A DNA stretch of 64,000 bases from Planctomycetota bacterium (lineage in GTDB: Bacteria > Planctomycetota > J058 > JAJDCQ01): contig JAJDCQ010000115.1 in the NCBI GenBank assembly GCA_029260755.1, forward strand, positions 24,929 to 88,928. The letters run 5' to 3'. The position numbers and the translations under genes were made by a program. The notes beneath the pieces are model-generated. The model did not search any database. It was given only the letters and a program-made list of their open reading frames with translations, and was not told where the DNA came from. Of the stretch, positions 19,901-27,938 are shown piece by piece. The stretch's first letter is position 1, and every line of letters starts with the position of its first letter.

Positions 19901-20993
19901 GACGCCCGAGGACCTCTTCGGCGACTACGGCCCGATCGTGATCGCGAGCCGGTCGTTCATCCCGCCCGTCCTCAACGACGAGGGCGAGAAGGTCCAGCCG
20001 CGCTGGGTCGCCGACTTCCTCCGCGAGCCGTACACCCTGCGACCGCAGGTGGCGGTGCGGATGCCGAACTTCCACCTGAGCGAGACGCAGATCCGGACGC
20101 TCTCGGACTACTTCCAGGCGAAGGCCGAGCTCGACCTGATCGCCCAGACCGAGCAGGCGCTCGGCGTCGACCCGGACGGCGCCCTGATCGCCGGGTCGAT
20201 CAAGGCTCGGGTGAAGGAGGGAGCGTACGTCGGCAAGTTCGCGCAGCTCACCACCGACATCCAGAAGGTGCTCGCCGACAACGGCGCCGAGCACTTCTTC
20301 CAGCTCAGCTTCACCGAGTCGGCGCTCAACTGGACGATCAACCCCGCGCTGCTCCGACACGACCCGATGTCGGTTCGTCACGAGGAGCAGTACCTCCTCG
20401 AGCGTGAGAAGAAGCACCCGGGCTGGCTCTCGCTCGGACGCGAGCTCTTCGAGGACGCGAGCATCAACTGCGCCTCGTGCCACGTTCAGCAGGGTCGTCC
20501 GCCCGGCGGCGAGCCACGGACGTGGGCGCCCGATCTGGGGCGCGTTCGGTTCCGCCTCACCCCGTCGTGGGTCGAGCGCTGGATCGCGAACCCGAAGAAG
20601 ATCGTCCCCAGCACGAACATGCCGTCGCTCTTCCCGGTCGGGGAGAAGCGATACCAGGAGATCCTTCCGCTCTCACGGGAGGAGCAGATCGCGGCGATCC
20701 GCGACTACCTCATGACGGGCCTCGTCGGCGGCGTCGAGTCGGTGCCGCGGGATCCGAAGGCCGGCTCCGACGTCGTCGTGACCAGCTCGGCGATCGATCT
20801 GGCCAGCGTGACGTCGGTCAAGTTCGGGGACCGTGCGGTGAATGAGGGCGACGCAGGCTTCGTCCGAGTCAAGGGCCGCGGAGGCCGGACCACCGCCCTC
20901 CGCGTGCGGGTTCCCGCGGGGATCTCGGGCACCGTGTGGCTCGAGTGCACCGACGGACGCTACGTCGCCCGCACCAGAATCGACGTTCAGTAG
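16983..20993 (+). CDS. Membrane-anchored octahaem c-type cytochrome (1336 aa) with an N-terminal coiled-coil and a C-terminal beta-rich domain
   Basis: Eight CxxCH motifs (CQTCH, CTICH, CMNCH, CYGCH, CAACH, CFGCH, CIACH, CASCH). An N-terminal TM helix is followed by a ~200-aa coiled-coil. Third-position GC bias supports the + strand. Confidence 0.8.
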   Translation: MANPAPRGFREGPYDIGTLNKVFAVSSIAMLISLVLLVWDDYAREWKHVQGEFREIEIERAETALAAERARLEAEDAKRLGELEAALAAGEKSIASSESEIARIEAEMRLTNATVQRLGLDYANLKSEVDALDYEISVYDEHHDPRQDGAVTRRKRMKAELDAIFIAKEEADTTLLAQKEALAKVYATKTEAEAALAEINTEAVRLEGALDKIAHKVINDLMLDAPLLDFVAPTLKIDQIVLPHLQDDLYFAKIYKVDRCQTCHLAIDRAGYGEEVPEVFRTHPNLDLYMSATSKHPKGKFGCTICHDGMGHAVDFVRVAHMPDVEPLDKSHQPADDDHVGGGGHGGEGWFDRPDRERWHEELDWHQRHHWAEPMVPLSLVEARCMNCHATNRPLEGADTLNAARKTMEKAACYGCHKIRGYDAMPKPAPPLTHVGDKLDHDWVFAWLKNPRHFRPSTYMPRFFDLDNVDEIERYGEEAIFYPARQNLEALAITDYLYSVSGNRGYQTVDGGDAEAGEASFHELGCAACHVNDGSPLSETDATQEYGPELSRMAEKLASGGGATWVYNWVRDPKHYYADGNMPNLRLTEDEAKDIAAYITSLKKNGAAKATVPFALDDGIDTSGTDPRTYRDMLRALAIEHLRDRLTASAAEKEIGRWKAEAGTDAKLDARLMSYVGERTINHYGCFGCHDIPGFEGRLGIGAELSTIGSKILSQFDFGHVAIEHSRMDWIAQKLDEPRIFDVTKIKAPRDKLKMPKFGLTKEEVKAITMFLLGLTDREVGPHYEYNPGERQRALTEGRHLIEDKNCIACHYFEVPQWSLVLERDATEDEPAERREISFQGLKLLDTRPLQSFDYHEAAEEGEDPLVDPEEPIPFPVNFELWSAVPSLGLPAGATLNLTYNAPPKTPEEDYEPEPTWLLEAGAESIGFDRVDMIKSGGLGGRLAEQVTRRALLDADGIDLENLVETAAGENELTPEDLFGDYGPIVIASRSFIPPVLNDEGEKVQPRWVADFLREPYTLRPQVAVRMPNFHLSETQIRTLSDYFQAKAELDLIAQTEQALGVDPDGALIAGSIKARVKEGAYVGKFAQLTTDIQKVLADNGAEHFFQLSFTESALNWTINPALLRHDPMSVRHEEQYLLEREKKHPGWLSLGRELFEDASINCASCHVQQGRPPGGEPRTWAPDLGRVRFRLTPSWVERWIANPKKIVPSTNMPSLFPVGEKRYQEILPLSREEQIAAIRDYLMTGLVGGVESVPRDPKAGSDVVVTSSAIDLASVTSVKFGDRAVNEGDAGFVRVKGRGGRTTALRVRVPAGISGTVWLECTDGRYVARTRIDVQ

Positions 20994-21041
20994 CGGTCCA
21001 GGCGACCGCTCGGCCCGGGAGCTCGGGCCGAAGGAGGAGAG

Positions 21042-21782
21042 ATGGTGAAGAGGTTCCTGACCGCCGCGATCGCGGCGACGATGATCCTGGGCGCGACGAG
21101 CGTGTTCGGGGCGCCTCCCGGCTACGACGCGGTCGAGGTGAAGGACGGCGGCACGATCAAGGGTCGCGTGGTCTTCGGCGGCGACGCCCCCGAGCGCAAG
21201 AAGCTCGAGGTGACCAAGGATCACGAGGCGTGCGGCAAGGATGCCAAGCTGAGCGACGAGCTCACCGTCAACGCCGAGAACAAGGGCATCCAGTGGGCCG
21301 TCGTCTACGTCAAGAAGATCAAGAAGGGCAAGGCCTGGCCCGAAGGCAGCATGAAGCAGACCTACGACCAGAAGGCCTGCGTCTTCACCGAGCACGTCAA
21401 GGTCATCCCCGTCGGCTGCACCCTCGAGATGAGCAACTCCGACGCGGTCCTCCACAACGTGAAGGCCGCGAGCATGAAGACCAACTTCAACGAGTCGATC
21501 CCCGCGAACGACAAGATCGAGCAGACGTTCAACTTCGACGAGCAGGTCAAGCTCGAGTGCTCGGTCCACCCGTGGATGAGCAGCTACCTCTTCGTCAGCG
21601 AGCACCCGTACGCGGTCGTCACCGACGCGGACGGAAACTTCGAGCTGACCGACCTCCCCAAGGGCAAGTACAACATCATCGCCTGGCAGGAGACGCTCGG
21701 GAAGCACGACAAGAAGGGCGAGAAGGTCGAGATCAAGGGTGGCGACACCCAGGAGCTCGAGCTCAAGTTCGAAGGCAAGTAG
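21042..21782 (+). CDS. Periplasmic cupredoxin (amicyanin/plastocyanin-like type-1 copper) protein with a C-terminal CarbopepD_reg-like beta-sandwich
   Basis: Signal peptide present. AVLHNV and LECSVHPWM match the amicyanin ligand set PHNV...C-x2-H-x2-M. The C-terminus DADGNFELTDLPKGKYNI resembles carboxypeptidase-regulatory-like domains. Confidence 0.5.
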   Translation: MVKRFLTAAIAATMILGATSVFGAPPGYDAVEVKDGGTIKGRVVFGGDAPERKKLEVTKDHEACGKDAKLSDELTVNAENKGIQWAVVYVKKIKKGKAWPEGSMKQTYDQKACVFTEHVKVIPVGCTLEMSNSDAVLHNVKAASMKTNFNESIPANDKIEQTFNFDEQVKLECSVHPWMSSYLFVSEHPYAVVTDADGNFELTDLPKGKYNIIAWQETLGKHDKKGEKVEIKGGDTQELELKFEGK

Positions 21783-21799
21783 CGCCGATCGCCGGCTGA

Positions 21800-21822
21800 G
21801 CGGGGTCGTCACGCGACCCCGC
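21800..21822 (+). terminator. GC-rich stem-loop (9-bp stem, 5-nt loop) between the cupredoxin and Rieske genes; possible attenuator or mRNA processing/stability element
   Basis: gcggggtcg-tcacg-cgaccccgc is a perfect 9-bp inverted repeat. No U-tract follows. Confidence 0.25.
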
Positions 21823-21845
21823 CGGTCCGGTTCGGAGGAAACCAG

Positions 21846-22604
21846 GTGGCAGACAACGAGTCCGCCGGCGCGGCGAAGCCCGCCGACGACGCGAAAGACG
21901 CACCCGCGAAGCCCGAGGCGGCGGCGAAGGAAGCCGCCGCCAAGGCCGATGCGGGCAAGGCGGTCAGCGAACCGGCGGCCAAGGCCCCGGCGGCCAAGGC
22001 GCCCGCCGCGAAGAAGCCCGTCAAGAAGGCGGTGAAGAAGGCGGCCAAGCCGAAGAAGGCCAAGGCGAAGAAGGAGCCGCTCCCGCCCGCGCTCATCCCG
22101 GTCGGGCGTCGCGACTTCCTCTCCTGGGTCGGCGTCGGCTGGGGCGCCATGCTCGCGAGCGCGGCCGTCAGCGGCGCGGTGCTTCAGCGCTTCCTGTTCC
22201 CGAACGTCCTCTTCGAGCCGCCGACCACGTTCACCGTCGGCTTCCCGGACGAGTACGGCGACGGCGTCCACGTGAAGTGGAAGGGCGCCTACGGGATCTG
22301 GCTCGTCCGGACGCCCAGGGACGATGTGCACGAGAAGCCGGGCTTCTACGCGCTGTCGGTCATCTGCACCCATCTGGGCTGCACGCCCAACTGGCTCTCC
22401 GCCGATCTCAAGTTCAAGTGCCCGTGCCACGGCAGCGGTTTCCGCCAGACCGGGATCAACTTCGAGGGCCCGGCGCCGCGTCCGCTCGAGCGGCACCGCA
22501 TCGTCTGGGCTCCCGACGGCCAGATCATGGTCGACAAGGGCAAGAAGTACCAGCAGGAGCTGGGACAGTGGGCCGACCGCGAGGCGTTCCTCGCTTACGG
22601 CTAG
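21846..22604 (+). CDS. Rieske [2Fe-2S] iron-sulfur subunit of a cytochrome bc/b6f-type complex
   Basis: CTHLGC and CPCHGS boxes are present, with an N-terminal Ala/Lys-rich extension and a TM anchor. Confidence 0.85.
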   Translation: MADNESAGAAKPADDAKDAPAKPEAAAKEAAAKADAGKAVSEPAAKAPAAKAPAAKKPVKKAVKKAAKPKKAKAKKEPLPPALIPVGRRDFLSWVGVGWGAMLASAAVSGAVLQRFLFPNVLFEPPTTFTVGFPDEYGDGVHVKWKGAYGIWLVRTPRDDVHEKPGFYALSVICTHLGCTPNWLSADLKFKCPCHGSGFRQTGINFEGPAPRPLERHRIVWAPDGQIMVDKGKKYQQELGQWADREAFLAYG

Positions 22605-22687
22605 GCTGACCCGGGTAGAGACACTTCGTCGCACGGCGTCGTCCAGGGGGGAAGGCGCCACACGCTCCTCGCAGCGAGACCGAATCG

Positions 22688-23473
22688 ATGGCTCTGACAG
22701 ACAAGCTCGTGAGTACGGTCACCGAGTCGCAGGTCTGGAAGTCGATCTTCCGGCACGGCATGCCGGACACCCCACGCAACCAGGCGCTGGCGGTGCTCTC
22801 GAACGTCTTCCTTCACCTGCACCCGATCAAGGCCAGGAAGAGTGGGATCAAGCTCCAGTACACCTGGTGCATGGGCGGGATCTCCTTCTTCCTGTTCCTC
22901 GAGCTGGCGGTGACCGGCATCCTCCTCATGTTCTACTACCGGCCGACGGCCGAGTACGCGTACATGGACATCGAGGCGCTCGGCGACCACGTGCCGATCG
23001 GGATCATGCGTGAGCTCCACCGATGGGGCGCGCACCTGATGGTCCTGGCGGTGTGGCTCCACATGTTCCGGGTGTTCCTCACGGGATCCTACAAGCCACC
23101 GCGGGAGTTCAACTGGGCCGTCGGCGTCATTCTGTTGACGCTCACCCTGCTGCTCTCCTTCACCGGGTACCTGCTTCCGTGGGACCAGCTCGCGATCTGG
23201 GCCATCACCGTCGGGTCCAACATGGCTCGAGCGACCCCGTTCCTGGGACACGAGGGCCCCGGCGCGTCGCTCCTGATGCTGGGGGACATCCCGCTGGTTC
23301 ACGCGGGAGACGATGCGAGATTCGGGCTGATCGCTGGCCGGGCCGTCGGTGAGGCGGCTCTCCTTCGCTTCTACGTCCTGCACTGCATCGCGATCCCGTT
23401 CGTCGTCATGATCCTGATCTCGATCCACTTCTGGCGAGTCCGCAAGGACGGCGGGATCTCTGGACCTCTGTAG
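22688..23473 (+). CDS. Cytochrome b6-type subunit (N-terminal cytochrome b domain)
   Basis: 261 aa with four TM helices and haem-ligand His residues in the cytochrome b N-domain pattern (RELHRWGAHLMV..., LPWDQLAIWA). Confidence 0.85.
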   Translation: MALTDKLVSTVTESQVWKSIFRHGMPDTPRNQALAVLSNVFLHLHPIKARKSGIKLQYTWCMGGISFFLFLELAVTGILLMFYYRPTAEYAYMDIEALGDHVPIGIMRELHRWGAHLMVLAVWLHMFRVFLTGSYKPPREFNWAVGVILLTLTLLLSFTGYLLPWDQLAIWAITVGSNMARATPFLGHEGPGASLLMLGDIPLVHAGDDARFGLIAGRAVGEAALLRFYVLHCIAIPFVVMILISIHFWRVRKDGGISGPL

Positions 23474-23570
23474 ACGAACCGACGCATCGGTCGTCCTCGG
23501 GGGGAGGGCGGCGGCTCGAGTCAGCACGCAGACCTAGCGACGCTCGCTAGATCCTCTTTCGGAGAATGGA

Positions 23571-24653
23571 ATGGTCGAAGCGGCCAAGGCCATCGTCACC
23601 TTCCTGACCCAGCCGGAGTGGTTGATCACCCTCTCCGGGATCGCGATGGCTCTCTTCTTCTGGAAGAGGGACCAGCTCGTGCATCCGCGGGTGATGCTGC
23701 CCGTCGCGCTGGCGTCGACGCTCTTCTTCGTGCTCTCGTGCCTGAACGACAACTTCCGCGCGATCGTCACGAAACCCGACAACATCCCGATCGTCCTGCT
23801 CCTGGTCTTCGTCGGCTTCCTGTTCTGGCTGGCGATGTATCAGGCGGTGGAGAACGACAAGCGGATCGCGAACGGGTTGCCGCCTCAGGAGGCGGCCGAC
23901 GAGCCCGCGAAGGTCACGGTGTGGCCGAACCTCGTCTACACCGAGATGATCTGCATCATCCTGATGACGGTCGGGCTGGTCATCTGGAGCGTGTTCATCA
24001 AGGCGCCGCTCGAGGAGCCGGCCGATCCGTCCGACTCGCCCAACCCGTCGAAGGCGCCGTGGTACTTCCTGGGTCTCCAGGAGATGCTCGTCTACTTCGA
24101 CCCGTGGCTCGCCGGCGTGGTCTTCCCTGGCCTCATCATCGTCGGCCTCGTCGCCATCCCGTTCATCGACCGTAACCCCAAGGGCTCGGGCTACTACACG
24201 TTCGCCGAGCGGAAGTTCGCGATCAGCGTCTTCTGCTTCGGGTTCCTCGTCCTCTGGGTCCTGATGGTCATGCTCGGGACGTTCCTCCGCGGCCCGAACT
24301 GGAACTTCTTCGGCCCGTACGAGCACTGGGACGTCCACAAGCTCGTGCCGCTGACGAACGTCAACCTGTCCGAGTACATCTACGTGAAGTGGATGGGCCA
24401 GCAGCTCCCCGAGAGCATCCTGGTTCGTGAGGGGCCAGGCTTCGTCCTGATAGGCCTGTACTTCCTCGCCCTGCCGCCGTTAATGGCGAAGACGTTCTTC
24501 AAGAACTTCCTGCGAGACCTCGGGTTCATCCGCTACAACCTGATGGCGTTCCTCTTCCTGTTCATGCTGTTCCTTCCGATCAAGATGGTGCTTCGGTGGA
24601 CCATGAACCTGAAGTACATCGTCGCCATCCCCGAGTGGTTCTTCAACATATGA
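23571..24653 (+). CDS. Cytochrome b C-terminal domain / subunit-IV-like protein, extended form
   Basis: Contains PWYFLGLQEMLVYF (the PEWY-type motif of the cytochrome b C-terminal domain) plus extra TM helices; 360 aa. Confidence 0.8.
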   Translation: MVEAAKAIVTFLTQPEWLITLSGIAMALFFWKRDQLVHPRVMLPVALASTLFFVLSCLNDNFRAIVTKPDNIPIVLLLVFVGFLFWLAMYQAVENDKRIANGLPPQEAADEPAKVTVWPNLVYTEMICIILMTVGLVIWSVFIKAPLEEPADPSDSPNPSKAPWYFLGLQEMLVYFDPWLAGVVFPGLIIVGLVAIPFIDRNPKGSGYYTFAERKFAISVFCFGFLVLWVLMVMLGTFLRGPNWNFFGPYEHWDVHKLVPLTNVNLSEYIYVKWMGQQLPESILVREGPGFVLIGLYFLALPPLMAKTFFKNFLRDLGFIRYNLMAFLFLFMLFLPIKMVLRWTMNLKYIVAIPEWFFNI

Positions 24654-25915
24654 CCGACGCGGCGGCCGACGGTGCCCGCGAACCGACCGCTTCGAGCGGT
24701 CCGGACCGGGCGCCCGCCGCCGGCTCGAACGACGACCCCTCCCCACCGGACGCGCCTCCCTCCGGAGACGCCTCCGCCCACCCGACGAGCAGTACCGACG
24801 TGAGCAGCCCGACAGCCGACACCGCCTCGCCGACCGATGGCGAGACCGCGCCCGACGCCAGCCCGACCGCCGACGCCGCGACCGCGCCAGCTCCGAAGCC
24901 TCTCCCGGCGCCGGCGGATCCGCTCGCCGGTCCGCCGGAGCTCGACGCGGAGATCGATGAGCCAAACACCCGCACGATGGTGCTCCAGCTCTTCATCTTC
25001 CCGTTCCTGATCGTGCTGATCTGCGTCGCCGTGTTCCTGTTCTTCGGCCTGGCGGCCGGCTCGAACAAGACCTACCGCCAGTACATCGCCGAGGTCCGTC
25101 AGGGCGGGACGAGCCAGCGCTGGCAGGCGGCGTTCCAGCTCGCCAAGCGCCTCCAGGAGGCCGACGCGGCCGGCGAGACCGACTTCTTCGGTTCCGAGGA
25201 CGTCAACGAGACGATCCTGATCTTCCAGGCGGCCAAGAACGACGACCCGCGGGTCCGGCAGTACCTCGCGCGGGTCCTCGGGCGCCTCGGCGATCCGAAG
25301 GTGCTTCCGGTCCTGCTCGAGGTGGTCCGCAACGAGGAGGAGGCGAGCGAGACCCGCTTCGCCGCGATCTTCGGCGTCGGGATGCTCGGCGGGAAGGCGA
25401 CGAGCGCCGTCCCCGAGCTCGCGCCGCTGCTCCGGAGCGAGGATCAGTACGTCCGAACCGTCACCGTCTATGTCCTGGGCTACATCGGCGACCGCTCCGT
25501 CGTTCCGCAGGTGGAGCCGCTCCTCGACGATCCCGACCAGAACGTCCGCTGGAACGCCGCCCTCGCCCTCGCGCGGCTGGGCAGCGATGCGGGGCTGGCG
25601 GCGATCGAGTCACTCCTCGAGTGGAAGCCCTCGGGCGAGCCGCCCGCCGGGCTCGGCTGGGACGCCATGTTCACCGACGTCGGGGCGTACCAGCAGAGCC
25701 ACCGGCGCGAGCTGGTGAAGGGCGCCCTCGCGGCCGTGGCCGCCCTTCGCGCGGAGGAGCTGCGCGAGCGCGTCGAGCAGCTCACGTCCGATCCCGATCC
25801 GATCGTCGCCGACGCGGCCCGGAAGGCGCTGGAGGCGATCGACGCGCCGGCCCTCGTGCCTGCCACCGCCGACGACCCCGCGGGGGCCGGCGAGACCGCG
25901 CCCCCGGGCCAGTGA
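24650..25915 (+). CDS. HEAT-repeat (PBS-lyase-like) membrane-anchored protein
   Basis: ATGA overlap with the upstream stop. Disordered N-terminus, one TM helix, then multiple HEAT-like repeats (DPRVRQYLARVLGRLGDPKVLPVLL..., DQNVRWNAALALARLG). Confidence 0.65.
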   Translation: MTDAAADGAREPTASSGPDRAPAAGSNDDPSPPDAPPSGDASAHPTSSTDVSSPTADTASPTDGETAPDASPTADAATAPAPKPLPAPADPLAGPPELDAEIDEPNTRTMVLQLFIFPFLIVLICVAVFLFFGLAAGSNKTYRQYIAEVRQGGTSQRWQAAFQLAKRLQEADAAGETDFFGSEDVNETILIFQAAKNDDPRVRQYLARVLGRLGDPKVLPVLLEVVRNEEEASETRFAAIFGVGMLGGKATSAVPELAPLLRSEDQYVRTVTVYVLGYIGDRSVVPQVEPLLDDPDQNVRWNAALALARLGSDAGLAAIESLLEWKPSGEPPAGLGWDAMFTDVGAYQQSHRRELVKGALAAVAALRAEELRERVEQLTSDPDPIVADAARKALEAIDAPALVPATADDPAGAGETAPPGQ

Positions 25916-26235
25916 GCGCGAGCCCCGATCCGGCTGCGGCCGACACCGCCGCCGCCGACGAGCCGTCCGCACCGCCGGAAGACGCCGAGACCGAAGGGCG
26001 AGGTTCGTCGGCGTCGAGCATCGTGTTCGGAGCGGTGGCCGTCTTCTTCGCGGCATCACTGATCGACTTCGTCCTGGGCTTCCCGATCTTCACCGGGCTC
26101 GCCCTCTTCGCCGCCGGCCTCTTCGCCCTGGTCGGCGTCCAGTGGCTGCTCTGGCGGGCGTTCTTCCCGAGCCTGCTCGCGGAGGCGGGCACCGGGGAGG
26201 CGCCGAGACTGCCGTCGGACCTGCCGCCGTCGTGA
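25912..26235 (+). CDS. Small membrane protein with a conserved C-terminal QWLLWRAF-P-LL-EA motif (paralogue A)
   Basis: GTG start overlapping the upstream TGA (GTGA). Two TM helices. The C-terminal GVQWLLWRAFFPSLLAEA is shared with the ORF at 26820. Confidence 0.5.
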   Translation: MSASPDPAAADTAAADEPSAPPEDAETEGRGSSASSIVFGAVAVFFAASLIDFVLGFPIFTGLALFAAGLFALVGVQWLLWRAFFPSLLAEAGTGEAPRLPSDLPPS

Positions 26236-26774
26236 GGCTCTTCTACACCGGTCTCGCCTTCTGGTGCGCCGCGGCGCTCCTCGCCGCCGCCGCGATCGGG
26301 ATCGGCGCCCGCCGCTTCGAGGCCACCTCGACTCAGGTCCACATCCTGGTCGGTCTCTTCGCGTCGATCTTCGCGTGCCTGACCCACTCGGTCGTCTTCG
26401 CGCACCTGATCGGCAGCGGGATCACCGTGAAGGATGCGGTCAGCAGCCACGGCCTCGACCCGCAGATCGTCCGCCGGACGAAGAAGTTCAAGGGCCGCTC
26501 GTTCCCGTTCGCGCTCTTTGCGGCCCTCGCCGCCGTCGCGGCGGCGCTCGCGGGCGGCGCGGCGTATCGCGCGCCCGACCCCGGGGTCACCCACGCGATC
26601 GTGGCCGCCGTCGCGATCGTGCTCAGCCTCGTCGCGTTTCCGATCGAGGTGAAGGTGCTCCACGAGAACACGAAGCTCCTCCGCGAGGTCGACGGCCTCG
26701 TCCGCCGCGCGCAGGCGTCCGCCGCGGCCGGGACGGGCGCCCCCGAGCCGCCCGCGACCGCCGAGCGCGTCTGA
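26232..26774 (+). CDS. Hypothetical 4-TM membrane protein
   Basis: GTGA overlap with the upstream gene. Hydrophobic helices, including KVLHENTKLLREV near the C-terminus. Confidence 0.45.
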   Translation: MRLFYTGLAFWCAAALLAAAAIGIGARRFEATSTQVHILVGLFASIFACLTHSVVFAHLIGSGITVKDAVSSHGLDPQIVRRTKKFKGRSFPFALFAALAAVAAALAGGAAYRAPDPGVTHAIVAAVAIVLSLVAFPIEVKVLHENTKLLREVDGLVRRAQASAAAGTGAPEPPATAERV

Positions 26775-26819
26775 TCGAGATTCTCAGATGCTCGCGGCCT
26801 CCCCGATCGTGATGGGGGT

Positions 26820-27086
26820 ATGAGCATCCCCGACCGACCGACACCGATTCCGACCCCGGAGGAGCGCGCGGCGAGAGTCGCCGCGACGATCGGAATGATC
26901 GCGCTCGCTCCGCCCATCCTCGTCGGCGTCGTCTCCCTCGACGTCGCGTTCACGATGGGCGTTCTCACCGGGACGGCCTTCCTCTTCGTCCCCATCTTCG
27001 CGTACATCGGCCTCCAGTGGCTGCTCTGGCGGGCCTTCTGTCCCGATCTGCTCATCGAGGCGTCGGCGGAGCTTCGTCAGGAGTAG
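26820..27086 (+). CDS. Small membrane protein (paralogue B of the 25912 gene)
   Basis: 88 aa. The C-terminal GLQWLLWRAFCPDLLIEA matches paralogue A. Confidence 0.5.
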   Translation: MSIPDRPTPIPTPEERAARVAATIGMIALAPPILVGVVSLDVAFTMGVLTGTAFLFVPIFAYIGLQWLLWRAFCPDLLIEASAELRQE

Positions 27087-27907
27087 ACGCCGAGCGAGAC
27101 CGCCATCCAGGCCGCCGAGGCCTCGCCGATCAGCACCATCGCGGTCGCGGCGTAGAGGATCCCGGTCGCCGACTGGGTCGAGCGGATCCGGACCGTCTCC
27201 CAGATCATGTAGCCGACGACGAGCGGCCCGACGAGGCCGAAGAGGATCCGGGGCAGGATCACGACGGACTCGCGGATCACCAGGCTCTTGGTGCCCCCGT
27301 CGATCCCGGCGCCGGCGAGCCAGAGGCCGGCGCCGCAGACGACGACGCGGAACGCGAGCGCGGCGAGGAACAGGGCGGTCAGACGCTTGAGCGGGGTGAT
27401 CGCGAGCCGGGGCAGGATCAGGTAGAAGTGGCCGAGGATCATCGCGAGCAGGGTGACCCCGCCGAGGAGCGCCTGGCCGACCCCGCTGGAGACGGCGAGC
27501 GCGATCGACGGGGCGACCCGCCCGCTCGCTCCGTTCGCCGCCGGCGCGGCGGCGGCGTTCTCGCCGGCGAGGCGGGCGGCCTCGACGCCGCCCACGACGA
27601 CCGCCGCCATCGCCAGCCCGGCGCCCGCGATCACGAACGCCCGCGCCGCGGCGAAGCGGTCCCCTCGAAGGCTGGCCATGTGGACGACGACGGCCAGCGC
27701 GGCGGCGCCCGCCAGCCCCGGACCGAGCGGGCCGGCCGACGCCCCGGCGAGCCCGAGGCCGATCGCCGCGCCGAGGAATCCGAGGACGAACACGCCGTTC
27801 ACGACGAAGAACCGCCGGCCGGCGTCCTTGATCGGGACGATCGTCAGGCCGACGAGCATGCCCGCGGCCGTGTGGAGGGCGAGCAGAGCGAGGACGGTGG
27901 CGATCAC
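27077..27907 (-). CDS. Hypothetical polytopic membrane protein
   Basis: 276 aa with 7-8 predicted TM helices. Codon bias is consistent with the minus strand. Confidence 0.5.
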   Translation of the reverse strand: MIATVLALLALHTAAGMLVGLTIVPIKDAGRRFFVVNGVFVLGFLGAAIGLGLAGASAGPLGPGLAGAAALAVVVHMASLRGDRFAAARAFVIAGAGLAMAAVVVGGVEAARLAGENAAAAPAANGASGRVAPSIALAVSSGVGQALLGGVTLLAMILGHFYLILPRLAITPLKRLTALFLAALAFRVVVCGAGLWLAGAGIDGGTKSLVIRESVVILPRILFGLVGPLVVGYMIWETVRIRSTQSATGILYAATAMVLIGEASAAWMAVSLGVYS

Positions 27908-27938
27908 GACGTCGTCACGGTAACCGGCGCCCCGGCGC

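Noticed and set aside
16944-20483. 1179-aa minus-strand ORF antisense to the octahaem cytochrome gene
   Set aside because: Arg/Ala/Gly/Val/Leu-rich with no motifs. The + strand encodes eight CxxCH motifs and shows proper third-position GC bias. A typical high-GC antisense artefact.
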